A stretch of 64,000 nt of DNA from Candidatus Micrarchaeia archaeon (GTDB lineage: Archaea > Micrarchaeota > Micrarchaeia > CABMEP01): contig JAVZPM010000001.1 in assembly GCA_038881595.1 (NCBI GenBank), positions 19,562 through 83,561 on the forward strand, written 5' to 3'. Under the pieces are notes generated by a model, which was given only the letters and a program-made list of their open reading frames with translations, made no database searches and was not told the origin of the DNA. A program made the position numbers and the translations under genes. Shown here piece after piece: positions 39,111-47,785 of this stretch (position 1 is its first letter; every line of letters starts with the position of its first letter).

Positions 39111-39458
39111 ATGACTATATACCACCCAGGAAAAGTGGTTGCGGTTTATACATCAAAATCTAAAGATGTAATAAGCAGCGGAAAGGACGTACAAGTACTA
39201 GTTGAGATGTGGGATGATAATCTATTTACTTGCGATGTGTCAGCAGCGATATCTGACAAGGTAAATGAAGAAGATGTAGTTCTTGTAGATTATTCCCCAA
39301 TCTCAGCAAAGATAAACGTACCTAAGCATTTAGTTGTAAAGATACTAAGAGGAAAAACAGCGGAAAAAACATGGGACAAGTACAGATCGTTTTATCATAA
39401 GAAGAAAAATGAAAATCAGCCAAAACCACCACAGCCACCAATGCAACTTTATGGCTGA
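39111..39458 (+). CDS. Hypothetical protein (115 aa)
   Basis: ORF trimmed to the first ATG downstream of tRNA-Val. The ORF-track start at 39009 reads through the tRNA. Confidence 0.4.
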   Translation: MTIYHPGKVVAVYTSKSKDVISSGKDVQVLVEMWDDNLFTCDVSAAISDKVNEEDVVLVDYSPISAKINVPKHLVVKILRGKTAEKTWDKYRSFYHKKKNENQPKPPQPPMQLYG

Positions 39459-39576
39459 AATTTGATTAAAAAATAAAAAGTTAAACTAATATCGTTCTAA
39501 TAATTATTCTAATAACTTGCTAAAAAGATAAGTATAAAATATTTAACTGACATATATCTTTTACTTCTCAGTTTTA

Positions 39577-39651
39577 GCTCCGATCGTCTAGCCCGGTCAA
39601 GGACGCAGCCCTCTCAAGGCTGAAACTCGGGTTCAAATCCCGATCGGAGCA
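39577..39651 (+). tRNA. tRNA-Glu (anticodon CTC)
   Basis: Acceptor GCTCCGA/TCGGAGC+A, anticodon stem CAGCC/GGCTG, loop CTCTCAA, T-arm TCGGG-TTCAAAT-CCCGA. 75 nt. Confidence 0.85.
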
Positions 39652-39656
39652 CTGAT

Positions 39657-39774
39657 GCAGGGGTGCCGGAGCGGTCAAACGGGGCAGCCTCAAGACCTAG
39701 GCAAAGCCTAAAAGGCAGCCCGTAAGAAAGCTGTTGGCTTAGGCCTTACGTGAGTTCGAATCTCACCCCCTGCA
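39657..39774 (+). tRNA. tRNA-Leu (anticodon CAA) with ~34-nt intron at the canonical anticodon-loop position (approx. 39696-39729)
   Basis: Acceptor GCAGGGG/CCCCTGC+A, anticodon stem GCAGC ... GCTGT separated by 41 nt (7-nt loop CTCAAGA plus insert), variable arm GGC-TTAG-GCC, T-arm GTGAG-TTCGAAT-CTCAC. The intron carries an internal TAGGC-AAA-GCCTA hairpin. Confidence 0.75.
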
Positions 39775-39868
39775 CTTTAAATTCTATTTTTTAATGCAAT
39801 TACAGCTAAATATTCGAATAGATTCAAATAAAAATAGATTCTAATAAAAAGTGTATTGAAAAAAGATA

Positions 39869-41077
39869 TCACTGCGTCTGTTCTTTTATCTTTGTGTAGA
39901 TAACATATATTATTACTGCAAAAGCAAATATACTTATGAAAGTTAACCATGAGAAGCCTTTTGTTGCTTTCTCTATTTCTTTTTCTACTTTAAACGAAAC
40001 ATAGTAGACATTTGAATAATTTGCAGAATTTCCTTGAGAATCTGTAGCGATTATAGTATAATTGATCTCATCATTTCCTTCCATTGATATGGAAGTCTCA
40101 TATCTATCGTTGCCTACGAAAAACATCTTCTGACCTAGCGACTGTGATGTGTTAGAAGTGTAAGAAAGTATTGGGTTTGAAGATATCCCAGATGCATACC
40201 TTCCTCCATCTACAACAACAGCAGAAATATACACCCTATTATTTGCAACTCTTGTCTCTACATCTCGTATTATTGGCGGGGTTAGATCATATCTTAAGAT
40301 AACATTATCTGATGAAATAGTGGTACTTATCTGCTTAGTAATGTTATTTACTGTAACGTAGAAAGTTGGTTTTAAATCAGAGAAAGACTTGAAAACTACG
40401 TAGCTGTTTTCAAGCAATTTTTCTTCTTCTCCGTATCTTATCTTTCCATATAATGAATTTCCATTCTCATCTGTCAAGCTTACTTTAAGATCATATATTG
40501 GAAGAGAAACATAGGTAACTTGCTTAATAGAAGGATTAACTGATGTCTTTGTTGATACTGAACCATACTGAACTGTGAAATCTGATAGCATTGCAGCTGG
40601 CAAAAGTATAAATGCATTTCCTCCGCCATCTGTGGTGTATGTTACATTGAAGGCTGTTACGTTAGCACCCTGAATTGTATTATTTACTGCATTTCTTACG
40701 CTGACTATGTGTGAAATAAAAGGCAGCCAGAGCTGATAGTTTTTGTTTGTCTTATTTACATCACCAATTGTTGAATTGCTATATCCTCCAAAATCAGCAC
40801 GGATTGTATATATTCTTTCTATGCATTTTCCAAATGATTCATCAACCGTATTCATAAATGAGAATGAAACCATTCCGGATTCATTTGTTTTCTTTGTCAG
40901 TTCTGAATGCTCTCCGCATTTGCTTGATTGATATATGACAGTTACAGGAACGTTTTTCATTGGCAATCCGTCTTTAGAATAAACAGTTACATTTATTGAT
41001 TCATGCCAAAAAGCAAAAGCCAAAGATGAGATGAATAATAGAAGCACAAATGTGGTGATTTGCTTTGCCATTAACAC
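39869..41077 (-). CDS. Surface-exposed glycoprotein candidate (signal peptide, C-terminal TM anchor)
   Basis: N-terminal MLMAKQITTFVLLLFISSLAFA, C-terminal FISIFAFAVIIYVIY anchor, and more than 12 N-x-S/T sequons. Confidence 0.5.
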   Translation of the reverse strand: MLMAKQITTFVLLLFISSLAFAFWHESINVTVYSKDGLPMKNVPVTVIYQSSKCGEHSELTKKTNESGMVSFSFMNTVDESFGKCIERIYTIRADFGGYSNSTIGDVNKTNKNYQLWLPFISHIVSVRNAVNNTIQGANVTAFNVTYTTDGGGNAFILLPAAMLSDFTVQYGSVSTKTSVNPSIKQVTYVSLPIYDLKVSLTDENGNSLYGKIRYGEEEKLLENSYVVFKSFSDLKPTFYVTVNNITKQISTTISSDNVILRYDLTPPIIRDVETRVANNRVYISAVVVDGGRYASGISSNPILSYTSNTSQSLGQKMFFVGNDRYETSISMEGNDEINYTIIATDSQGNSANYSNVYYVSFKVEKEIEKATKGFSWLTFISIFAFAVIIYVIYTKIKEQTQ

Positions 41078-41141
41078 TTACCTCGTTGTGAATCATATTT
41101 TCGTATTATAATATTATATCAGTCAGAATTTTAAATCTTTA

Positions 41142-41771
41142 ATGCAAAGGATTCTCATGGATTTATTAATCATAGCAGAGATCTTCTTTACGGTTTTCCT
41201 TCTTAATGCAAATCCAATATTTACAATTCCTACTTGGATAGTGGTTGCTTTCTTTGCTGGAAAAACAGATCCTGTTCTACTTATTCCAATCATAGTTATT
41301 GCTATATTTGCTTCTGCAATAGGTAGATATGTTCTTGCATCTTACTCTAAAAACATAGGAGACAAGGTGCTTCCGAAGAGACAGAAACGTAATATTGAAT
41401 ATCTCAAAGAATTTTTTATTGAAATCGAGAATCCTAAAATAGCGTTTATAATTGCATTTCTTTATGCTTTAAGCCCTCTTCCAACAAATGCTTTGTTTGT
41501 AGTGGCAGGAATAGCACATCTCAGAATATTGACGCTTATTGGAGGGTTCTTCTTAGGAGAACTCCTTTCTAATATAGTATACATAACTGTGCTGGAAACA
41601 GCGCTTGAGCAAGTTACATTTTCAACATATGAATATCTTCTGATGGGAATCATTGGAGTTGGAATCGCAATAGCAATATTCATTATAGACTGGAAAAAGA
41701 TCATCAAGTCACTTGTTCAAAGAGAACTTGAAAAGAAGAGCCATTCTGCCATAAGAGAGATGTTTAAATAA
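41142..41771 (+). CDS. DedA/TVP38-like membrane protein
   Basis: Polytopic 209-aa protein with a DedA-like central region. Weak call. Confidence 0.4.
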   Translation: MQRILMDLLIIAEIFFTVFLLNANPIFTIPTWIVVAFFAGKTDPVLLIPIIVIAIFASAIGRYVLASYSKNIGDKVLPKRQKRNIEYLKEFFIEIENPKIAFIIAFLYALSPLPTNALFVVAGIAHLRILTLIGGFFLGELLSNIVYITVLETALEQVTFSTYEYLLMGIIGVGIAIAIFIIDWKKIIKSLVQRELEKKSHSAIREMFK

Positions 41772-41786
41772 GAATTAAATTTTAGA

Positions 41787-42347
41787 TTAAAAGAATAAAT
41801 TATTCAAAAGCAATCCGAATAGATAGCATATGATTGCTGTGGCTACAGTTATTCCAGAATAGAACATTCCGGTTTTAATAACATCTTTCTTTATTATGTT
41901 TGCATTATAAGCCCCCAATAAAAATGTAACCAATGCTGCTATTATAACTGCAGATATAAGCGCTTGTTCTAAAGGAAGAAATACAAAGGGAAGACCTATC
42001 AAAATATAGATTATGAATGTCGAAACAAACGTAAGTACGCCGTTTAGAAATAATTCTCCCGTAGTATGAACATGCTGCGTTCTTCCCATTCTTTTCCTCA
42101 TTATCTGAATGTTGCGCTCTGAAACCTGAGAAAGATAGAAGCCTGCAGAATTTCCAAACGAATCAGACAGGCCGAAGATAAGTATAGACAAAACTGCAAG
42201 AAAAGGATCATTTGTAGCAGTCACTATACCTACTGCAGCACCCAATGCGCATATTGAGCCATCTACTAGCCCAAAGGATATGCCTTCCAAACTTGACAAA
42301 ATTTCAGATTTTGTAAAACTTTTTTTAGTTTCACTGAATGATCTCAT
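41787..42347 (-). CDS. VIT1/CCC1 (DUF125) family membrane protein
   Basis: GLVDGSICALGAAVGIV ... FGLSDSFGNSAGFYLSQVSER resembles VIT family motifs. Confidence 0.5.
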   Translation of the reverse strand: MRSFSETKKSFTKSEILSSLEGISFGLVDGSICALGAAVGIVTATNDPFLAVLSILIFGLSDSFGNSAGFYLSQVSERNIQIMRKRMGRTQHVHTTGELFLNGVLTFVSTFIIYILIGLPFVFLPLEQALISAVIIAALVTFLLGAYNANIIKKDVIKTGMFYSGITVATAIICYLFGLLLNNLFF

Positions 42348-42421
42348 GATCTACATTTGCATTGAATATTTAAAAGCTTTAAACTACATTATAGAATAGT
42401 GCATTCATATAAAGTGATAGC

Positions 42422-43114
42422 TTGAAGATTATAAATCCAAAATTAAAAATAAAAAATGTAAAGGAAAATATTACTGCTAAGATAAGTACCAAATTAAAAA
42501 ATGTTAAAAATGTAAAATTCAAAAAACCATATACTGACAATCGATTCATACTACTTTCTATTCTTACATCCGCCCCAATAACTTCAGTCTTTCTAGCATA
42601 TTTCTTTTCATTCCATTCTCCTTATGGGACAGGCATGATAAGTCCTTTAAGCTCTTTCTTACTTGCAGGTGTTTTCTTCTCTTTGCTTCCAGGAATGGCA
42701 ATACTCTACTACAGCAGGAAAGGAAAGGTTGATGTTGAATTATCTGAAAGAGAATCTAGGACTCGCTTCTATTTAATGGCTGCAATACTCCAGTTGATTG
42801 CTGCTATTATATTCTATACATTTGAACATAAAATAATGTTCATAACTTCAATTGCATATGCAGTTGCAACAATACTTATGATGTTGATAAATCTAAAATG
42901 GAAGATAAGTGCACATGCAAGTGGTATTGCTGGTCCAGTAACTGCACTTTATGTTGTCTATGGAGAAATAGCACTTCCTCTCTATCTTTTACTTATTCCT
43001 ATTTTTGCACTTAGATATAAAGTAAAAGCACATACTATATGGCAGTTGATAGCTGGTTCTGTTTTATCTATAATTGTTACTTATACTATATTCAGCTTAA
43101 TGCTATCTGCATAG
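42422..43114 (+). CDS. Membrane protein with Lys-rich N-terminus (PAP2-like?)
   Basis: Six predicted TM helices and a KISAHASG segment. Weak PAP2 resemblance. Confidence 0.35.
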   Translation: MKIINPKLKIKNVKENITAKISTKLKNVKNVKFKKPYTDNRFILLSILTSAPITSVFLAYFFSFHSPYGTGMISPLSSFLLAGVFFSLLPGMAILYYSRKGKVDVELSERESRTRFYLMAAILQLIAAIIFYTFEHKIMFITSIAYAVATILMMLINLKWKISAHASGIAGPVTALYVVYGEIALPLYLLLIPIFALRYKVKAHTIWQLIAGSVLSIIVTYTIFSLMLSA

Positions 43115-43134
43115 AAATATTAGAGTTTATATTA

Positions 43135-43347
43135 CTATTCAACTTCTATAATCTTCTCTCTTGAAAATGCTCCTTTCAAGAGATTTACAGGTTTATGAAA
43201 GTATTCCTCTAACATTTTGATTACTTTAAGTGTTGCTTTTCCCTTCTCTGGCTTCTCTTTTACTCTTACAGTTATTATTCCGTTTTCCCTATCCTTTATT
43301 ATTTCTTCTCTCTTAGAATTAGGAATGACCTTTACCTTGAATTTCAT
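43135..43347 (-). CDS. DUF167/YggU-like small protein
   Basis: 70-aa KFKVKVIPNSKREEI ... TVRVKEKPEKGKA pattern typical of the UPF0235 family. Confidence 0.5.
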   Translation of the reverse strand: MKFKVKVIPNSKREEIIKDRENGIITVRVKEKPEKGKATLKVIKMLEEYFHKPVNLLKGAFSREKIIEVE

Positions 43348-43370
43348 ATGTACACCAGAATAAAAAGAAA

Positions 43371-43610
43371 TTATAAATGAAATATCTGATCAAGTAAGCC
43401 TTTCAATATAAACATTGCTCCGATTATTATCAGAAATCCAGGACATACAAGACCGAGATCAATAAGTCCGACTGTGACTGCATACCAAAGAACCCCTATC
43501 AAAAGAATAATAAGTCCTGCCCAAACAAGACTCTCATTCTTTCTCCTTCTCCAACTCTTGTCCCATGCCTTACCCCATTTCTCCCAGTCAAATTCTTCAT
43601 CCTTTGCCAT
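43371..43610 (-). CDS. Small membrane protein (79 aa)
   Basis: Internal Met MAKDEEFDW ... with two TM helices. The longer ORF-track version overlaps dus on the other strand. Confidence 0.3.
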   Translation of the reverse strand: MAKDEEFDWEKWGKAWDKSWRRRKNESLVWAGLIILLIGVLWYAVTVGLIDLGLVCPGFLIIIGAMFILKGLLDQIFHL

Positions 43611-43683
43611 AAGAATCACAGATATAATTTGAGAAATATATTTAAAACAATTGTGATTACTATCAGATATAAATAGTGAGCAA

Positions 43684-44592
43684 ATGAAGATTGCTAGATT
43701 CTCTCTTGCGCCAATACACGAATATACAAATGCCGCATTTAGACTTATTAGCGAGCGACACAAATGTAAAATGACGTTTGTTCCGCTAGTCAACGTTACT
43801 GCTGTCTCAAAAGGAAAATTTATTCCATTCATAAGTGAAGAAGAAAAAAACGTAACAGTTCAGCTTTCAGGATCAAAACCAGATGAATTTAAAGAAGCTA
43901 TCAAAGTAATCGAAAAGAAGTATCCGTTTATAAAGGGATTCAACATAAATGCCGGCTGCCCTTCACATACTACAATGAAAACAGGTGCTGGAAGCGCTCT
44001 TATGAAAAATTATCACCTCCTCTTTCAAATAATTAAGGAGTGCAAAAAAGAAACAACTCTTCCTGTTTCAGTTAAGACAAGAATTTTTAGTGAAAAGGAA
44101 AAAACGATTGAATTCTATAAAGGTATAGAAGATTCAGGTGCTGATTTTCTTATTGTTCATGGAAGAACTGTAAAACAAGGGTATTCAGGAAATGTCGATT
44201 GGAATATCATAAAAACAGCAAATGAGGAGATGGAAATACCTGTAGTTGGAAATGGCAATGTGAGAAATCTTGAAGAAGGAAAAGAAAAAATAAAAAATGG
44301 ATTTTGCAGTGGGATAATGATCGGAAGGGCTGCGCTTCAAAACCCAAGAGTATTTGAAGGTAAGAATGAACTTACGAATAGAGAGAGAATTGAAACAGCT
44401 CTAGAATATTATAAAATATGTGAAAATCTAGGTTTAATAGACCTAAATAACATAAAATTAGTCTACTCTCAAATTTTTAAAGGAATGAAGAATGCAAGTA
44501 AATTAAGAGAAGAAATTATGAAATCAAAATCTATTGAGAAGATTAAAGATTTATTAGATGAATTAGAAAAAAATGGGGACACATGGATTTAA
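43684..44592 (+). CDS. dus: tRNA-dihydrouridine synthase
   Basis: FMN-TIM barrel motifs NINAGCPSHTTMKTGAGSALMKN and LPVSVKTRI typical of the Dus family. Confidence 0.8.
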   Translation: MKIARFSLAPIHEYTNAAFRLISERHKCKMTFVPLVNVTAVSKGKFIPFISEEEKNVTVQLSGSKPDEFKEAIKVIEKKYPFIKGFNINAGCPSHTTMKTGAGSALMKNYHLLFQIIKECKKETTLPVSVKTRIFSEKEKTIEFYKGIEDSGADFLIVHGRTVKQGYSGNVDWNIIKTANEEMEIPVVGNGNVRNLEEGKEKIKNGFCSGIMIGRAALQNPRVFEGKNELTNRERIETALEYYKICENLGLIDLNNIKLVYSQIFKGMKNASKLREEIMKSKSIEKIKDLLDELEKNGDTWI

Positions 44593-44593
44593 A

Positions 44594-45214
44594 CTAAATA
44601 ACTTCGCGTGAAGTCAAGAACTTCATTAGCGTATTTTTCTTATGTGGTATTTGAATAGCTGGGTAAATAAATCTCTTTACAAATTCTATATTCTTTTTCG
44701 ACACGTAAAATTCGATATTATATGCCCTATCATAATAGACGCCTACATAACAACCGAGAATTTTCTCAATTTTTTGTTTTAGTTTCTCTTGCTTTATGCT
44801 GTCTGTTATTTTTATTCTGCATTGTGGATGCTTTGGACGCTTTATACAGATATTGCCATCACCATCAATCAACCCGGCAAGATAACTTCCGAATAAACTA
44901 TTATCTGAAAAAATCCATTTTGGAAGAAATCCCTTCTTAATGCCCAAGGAATTGAAAAGTGTCGCGCTTCTTTTTATGCTAGTTTGAAGATAATATATTT
45001 CCTGTCTCCTTCTTTTTTGTATTTTTGTCCATTTGCCGAACTGTGTTTGTAAGATAGTTTGAACTCTTTGAATCATTGGCAGAGACTTCTCACTAACATT
45101 AAAAACAATTCTTAAATAGTTCTTATTACTTTTCTTATCATGAAACGTATAAATGTATCCGTCACTATGAAGTACTCCGATAAAATATGCGATATCGCTA
45201 TTCACACTGATCAC
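44594..45214 (-). CDS. LAGLIDADG homing endonuclease (double-motif, free-standing)
   Basis: YLAGLIDGDGNICIKRP and the upstream degenerate motif IAYFIGVLHSDGYIY. The ORF-track GTG start at 45253 lies inside the tRNA-Trp T-arm, so the start was moved to the next in-frame GTG at 45214. Confidence 0.75.
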   Translation of the reverse strand: MISVNSDIAYFIGVLHSDGYIYTFHDKKSNKNYLRIVFNVSEKSLPMIQRVQTILQTQFGKWTKIQKRRRQEIYYLQTSIKRSATLFNSLGIKKGFLPKWIFSDNSLFGSYLAGLIDGDGNICIKRPKHPQCRIKITDSIKQEKLKQKIEKILGCYVGVYYDRAYNIEFYVSKKNIEFVKRFIYPAIQIPHKKNTLMKFLTSREVI

Positions 45215-45226
45215 TAAAAATATTAG

Positions 45227-45338
45227 TGGGGCTAGCGAGATTTGAACTCGCACCTTTAGGTTTCTTCATATCATCGCTTTCTAGCTCAGCGCTCCATTTT
45301 CTGGAGCCTAACGCGCTGCCTGGTTACGCCATAGCCCC
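45227..45338 (-). tRNA. tRNA-Trp (anticodon CCA) with 39-nt intron (approx. 45261-45299)
   Basis: Reverse strand reads GGGGCTA-TG-GCGT ... GCGC-G-TTAGG-CTCCAGA-[intron]-CCTAA-AGGT-GCGAG-TTCAAAT-CTCGC-TAGCCCC-A. All stems pair. Confidence 0.8.
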
Positions 45339-45371
45339 TTCAATAAATATAAGCTAAATAAAATTTTTAAT

Positions 45372-46769
45372 TTATCTTTTTAGAGATTGTTTTGGATTTT
45401 GTTCTGCTATGTAGTGTACGATTTTATCAAGCGCCTCTTTAAGATACCCTTGTTTTAATCTAAGTGCAGCTGCTGCCTTATGTCCTCCACCTGATTCTAT
45501 AACGTTAAGCATTTCACTTTTCAATTTTGAAATTGCTTTTGAAAGATCTAATCCAAATTCAAGCGCTGCCTGATTCAATCTGAAGCTAATATTCCTTCCG
45601 GTATAAACTATTGTAACTGTTGGGGTTTTTCTATTTCCTAATAAATCTGCCATTATGTTTGCTGCCAAACCTTTATTTGGATATGAACCTTTCTTTATAT
45701 GCTTTGTAACATCGACAAAGAAAAAGGTTATTCCATTTATTGTCTTTGATTTAGTGGTGTTCTTTGCTTTTTCCAGAAAAGTTTGAATCTTTTCCTGAGA
45801 TTGTGCATAAGCAAAATCCAACATTTCTTCATCTTCTATCGCCTTTGCATATTGTGCAATATTATTTTCATACGCAGATGTACCTATGAAATAACCTACT
45901 GCTTCTGCGTTTTTAAGATCAGATTTTGTAGGACTATATATCTTACTTCTATCTGCAGTTAAAGAGATCCTAATTAGATTGTCAGCTATTTTTTTATTGA
46001 TGTTTCCTATCTTCTTTGCTATTTCTGTTGCTAATAATCCTGCAGTATATGAAGATGGATTTTTTATATTAAATAACCATGGAGAAACGATAGCTTCAAA
46101 TAATTCTTTCATAGCAGGTTTTTGTGGAGGGTGATGATCTATAACAAGAATTGAAAATCCATAATCCTTAGCAAGTCTATAAGCTTCTTCGCTTTCAGGA
46201 TTAAAACCAAAATCAACTGTCACCAATACTGGAGGAAGATGTTTTGCCTCTAAATTCTCTATATATCGTCTATCCTCTTCGAAATCTAATCTATTATAAA
46301 ATGGAAATTGCTGAGATATGAATTTTATATTATAATAATCTTTTAATGCATAAAAAAGAGAAACTGCGCCCGTTAGACCATCTTGATCTGTATCATATCT
46401 TATGATTATAGGTCTTTTAAGTACGCAAGCTTCTTTTATATATTTAGCAGCATCATAAATAGAAGATGATAACATTTCCATATCTTGATTTTCAAAAAAG
46501 AATTTAGTGTTCTTTGGTTTTGATTTTTCTTTTATGAAATTGAGAATAGAATTCATCTCATTTTTCTCTGGTTTTTGAACGAATTCAATCTTGGTTGGGT
46601 GAATTTCAACTGTGTCTTCATCTATTTTTATTATATCTCCTACTATATCAAACCAGGACCCTGGAGACAACTCTCTGTTTGTTTTTATAATTGCATTTCC
46701 TTTTGAGGTTATAGCAAAATGAAATGTATTTTTCTCCGCTTTTTTTGCGTAAAGTATATAACTAAGCAT
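45372..46769 (-). CDS. DHH-family phosphoesterase, archaeal RecJ/GAN-like
   Basis: DHH motifs DTDQDGLTGAVSL, VIDHHPP, and DHHA1 GGGHKAAAA. Confidence 0.75.
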   Translation of the reverse strand: MLSYILYAKKAEKNTFHFAITSKGNAIIKTNRELSPGSWFDIVGDIIKIDEDTVEIHPTKIEFVQKPEKNEMNSILNFIKEKSKPKNTKFFFENQDMEMLSSSIYDAAKYIKEACVLKRPIIIRYDTDQDGLTGAVSLFYALKDYYNIKFISQQFPFYNRLDFEEDRRYIENLEAKHLPPVLVTVDFGFNPESEEAYRLAKDYGFSILVIDHHPPQKPAMKELFEAIVSPWLFNIKNPSSYTAGLLATEIAKKIGNINKKIADNLIRISLTADRSKIYSPTKSDLKNAEAVGYFIGTSAYENNIAQYAKAIEDEEMLDFAYAQSQEKIQTFLEKAKNTTKSKTINGITFFFVDVTKHIKKGSYPNKGLAANIMADLLGNRKTPTVTIVYTGRNISFRLNQAALEFGLDLSKAISKLKSEMLNVIESGGGHKAAAALRLKQGYLKEALDKIVHYIAEQNPKQSLKR

Positions 46770-46842
46770 GCAGATATATCTATGTAAATGATTTTATATG
46801 TTCCTCTCTCTTAAGTTATGTATCTAACAATATGGTGTACAT

Positions 46843-47751
46843 ATGTCTATTAAATCTCGAATTTTTAATAAAGGAAGTATTCCAGTAGAACTATTTGATT
46901 TAAACGTGACATTGAGCAGTGGACAGGTTTTCGGTTGGAAAAGAATGGGTGAATGGTGGATTGGCGAGATTTATGGAAATATTGTAAAATTAAGGCAAAA
47001 ATCAAACAGATTAGAATTCGAGTTGTTATATGGCAAAGAAAGAAATATTAAAAAGCAGATAAAGAAATATTTCACTTTAGACATCTCTTCAAAAAAAATC
47101 AAGGATATTTATGTCGAACTTTCTAAAGATAGAATACTAAAAAACGCAATAAAAGAATTCAAAGGACTTAGAATCATCAGACAAGAACCATGGTACTGTA
47201 CTGCAACATTTGTGTGCAGCAGCTTTTCAAACATTCCTAGAATAGAAAAAATGATTGAAAAAATAAAAGAAACGCATGGAACAGAAATAAACAAAGAACA
47301 ACGACTATATCTATTTCCATCTATAAAAGATATAAGAAAATCTGATTTGTCCAAGCTAAGAAAATGTGGCCTTGGATTTAGAGATAAATACTTACATGAA
47401 ATAGCAAAAAGAACTTCTGAAAAATGGTTTAAAGAAATCGAAAAGAAAGAATATAAAACTGGAAAAGAAAAATTAACTAGATTGCCAGGTGTAGGAGAAA
47501 AGGTTGCAGACTGCATTTTGTTGTTTGGCTATGGAAAAGGAGAGGCATTTCCGATAGATGTATGGATAGGTAGGATTATGAAGAAGTTGTATAACAAAGA
47601 GATAAAAAATTATCTTGAAAAAAACGGAAGAAAAACAGATAAAATAACAGATAAAGATATTAGAGAATTTGCAATGCATAAATGGAATGGAAATGCAGGA
47701 CTGGCACAACAATTCCTTTATATGTATGCAAGAAAGCATAAAATAAGATGA
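46843..47751 (+). CDS. ogg: HhH-GPD DNA glycosylase (8-oxoguanine glycosylase-like)
   Basis: LTRLPGVGEKVADCILLFGYGKGEAFPIDVW is a helix-hairpin-helix plus Gly/Pro loop with the catalytic Asp. Confidence 0.7.
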   Translation: MSIKSRIFNKGSIPVELFDLNVTLSSGQVFGWKRMGEWWIGEIYGNIVKLRQKSNRLEFELLYGKERNIKKQIKKYFTLDISSKKIKDIYVELSKDRILKNAIKEFKGLRIIRQEPWYCTATFVCSSFSNIPRIEKMIEKIKETHGTEINKEQRLYLFPSIKDIRKSDLSKLRKCGLGFRDKYLHEIAKRTSEKWFKEIEKKEYKTGKEKLTRLPGVGEKVADCILLFGYGKGEAFPIDVWIGRIMKKLYNKEIKNYLEKNGRKTDKITDKDIREFAMHKWNGNAGLAQQFLYMYARKHKIR

Positions 47752-47785
47752 TTTATTACTATCAATCTTTTGATTATAGGTTGCG

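Noticed and set aside
43611-43832. Upstream 74 codons of ORF 43371-43832
   Set aside because: They overlap the dus coding region on the opposite strand and lack membrane-protein character. An internal Met gives a coherent 79-aa two-TM protein.
45261-45299. Full box C/D sRNA inside the tRNA-Trp intron
   Set aside because: The intron is only 39 nt and has no canonical box C (RUGAUGA) and no terminal box D. Only a D'-like CUGA and a degenerate C'-like motif are present. It is kept as a partial-guide hypothesis.
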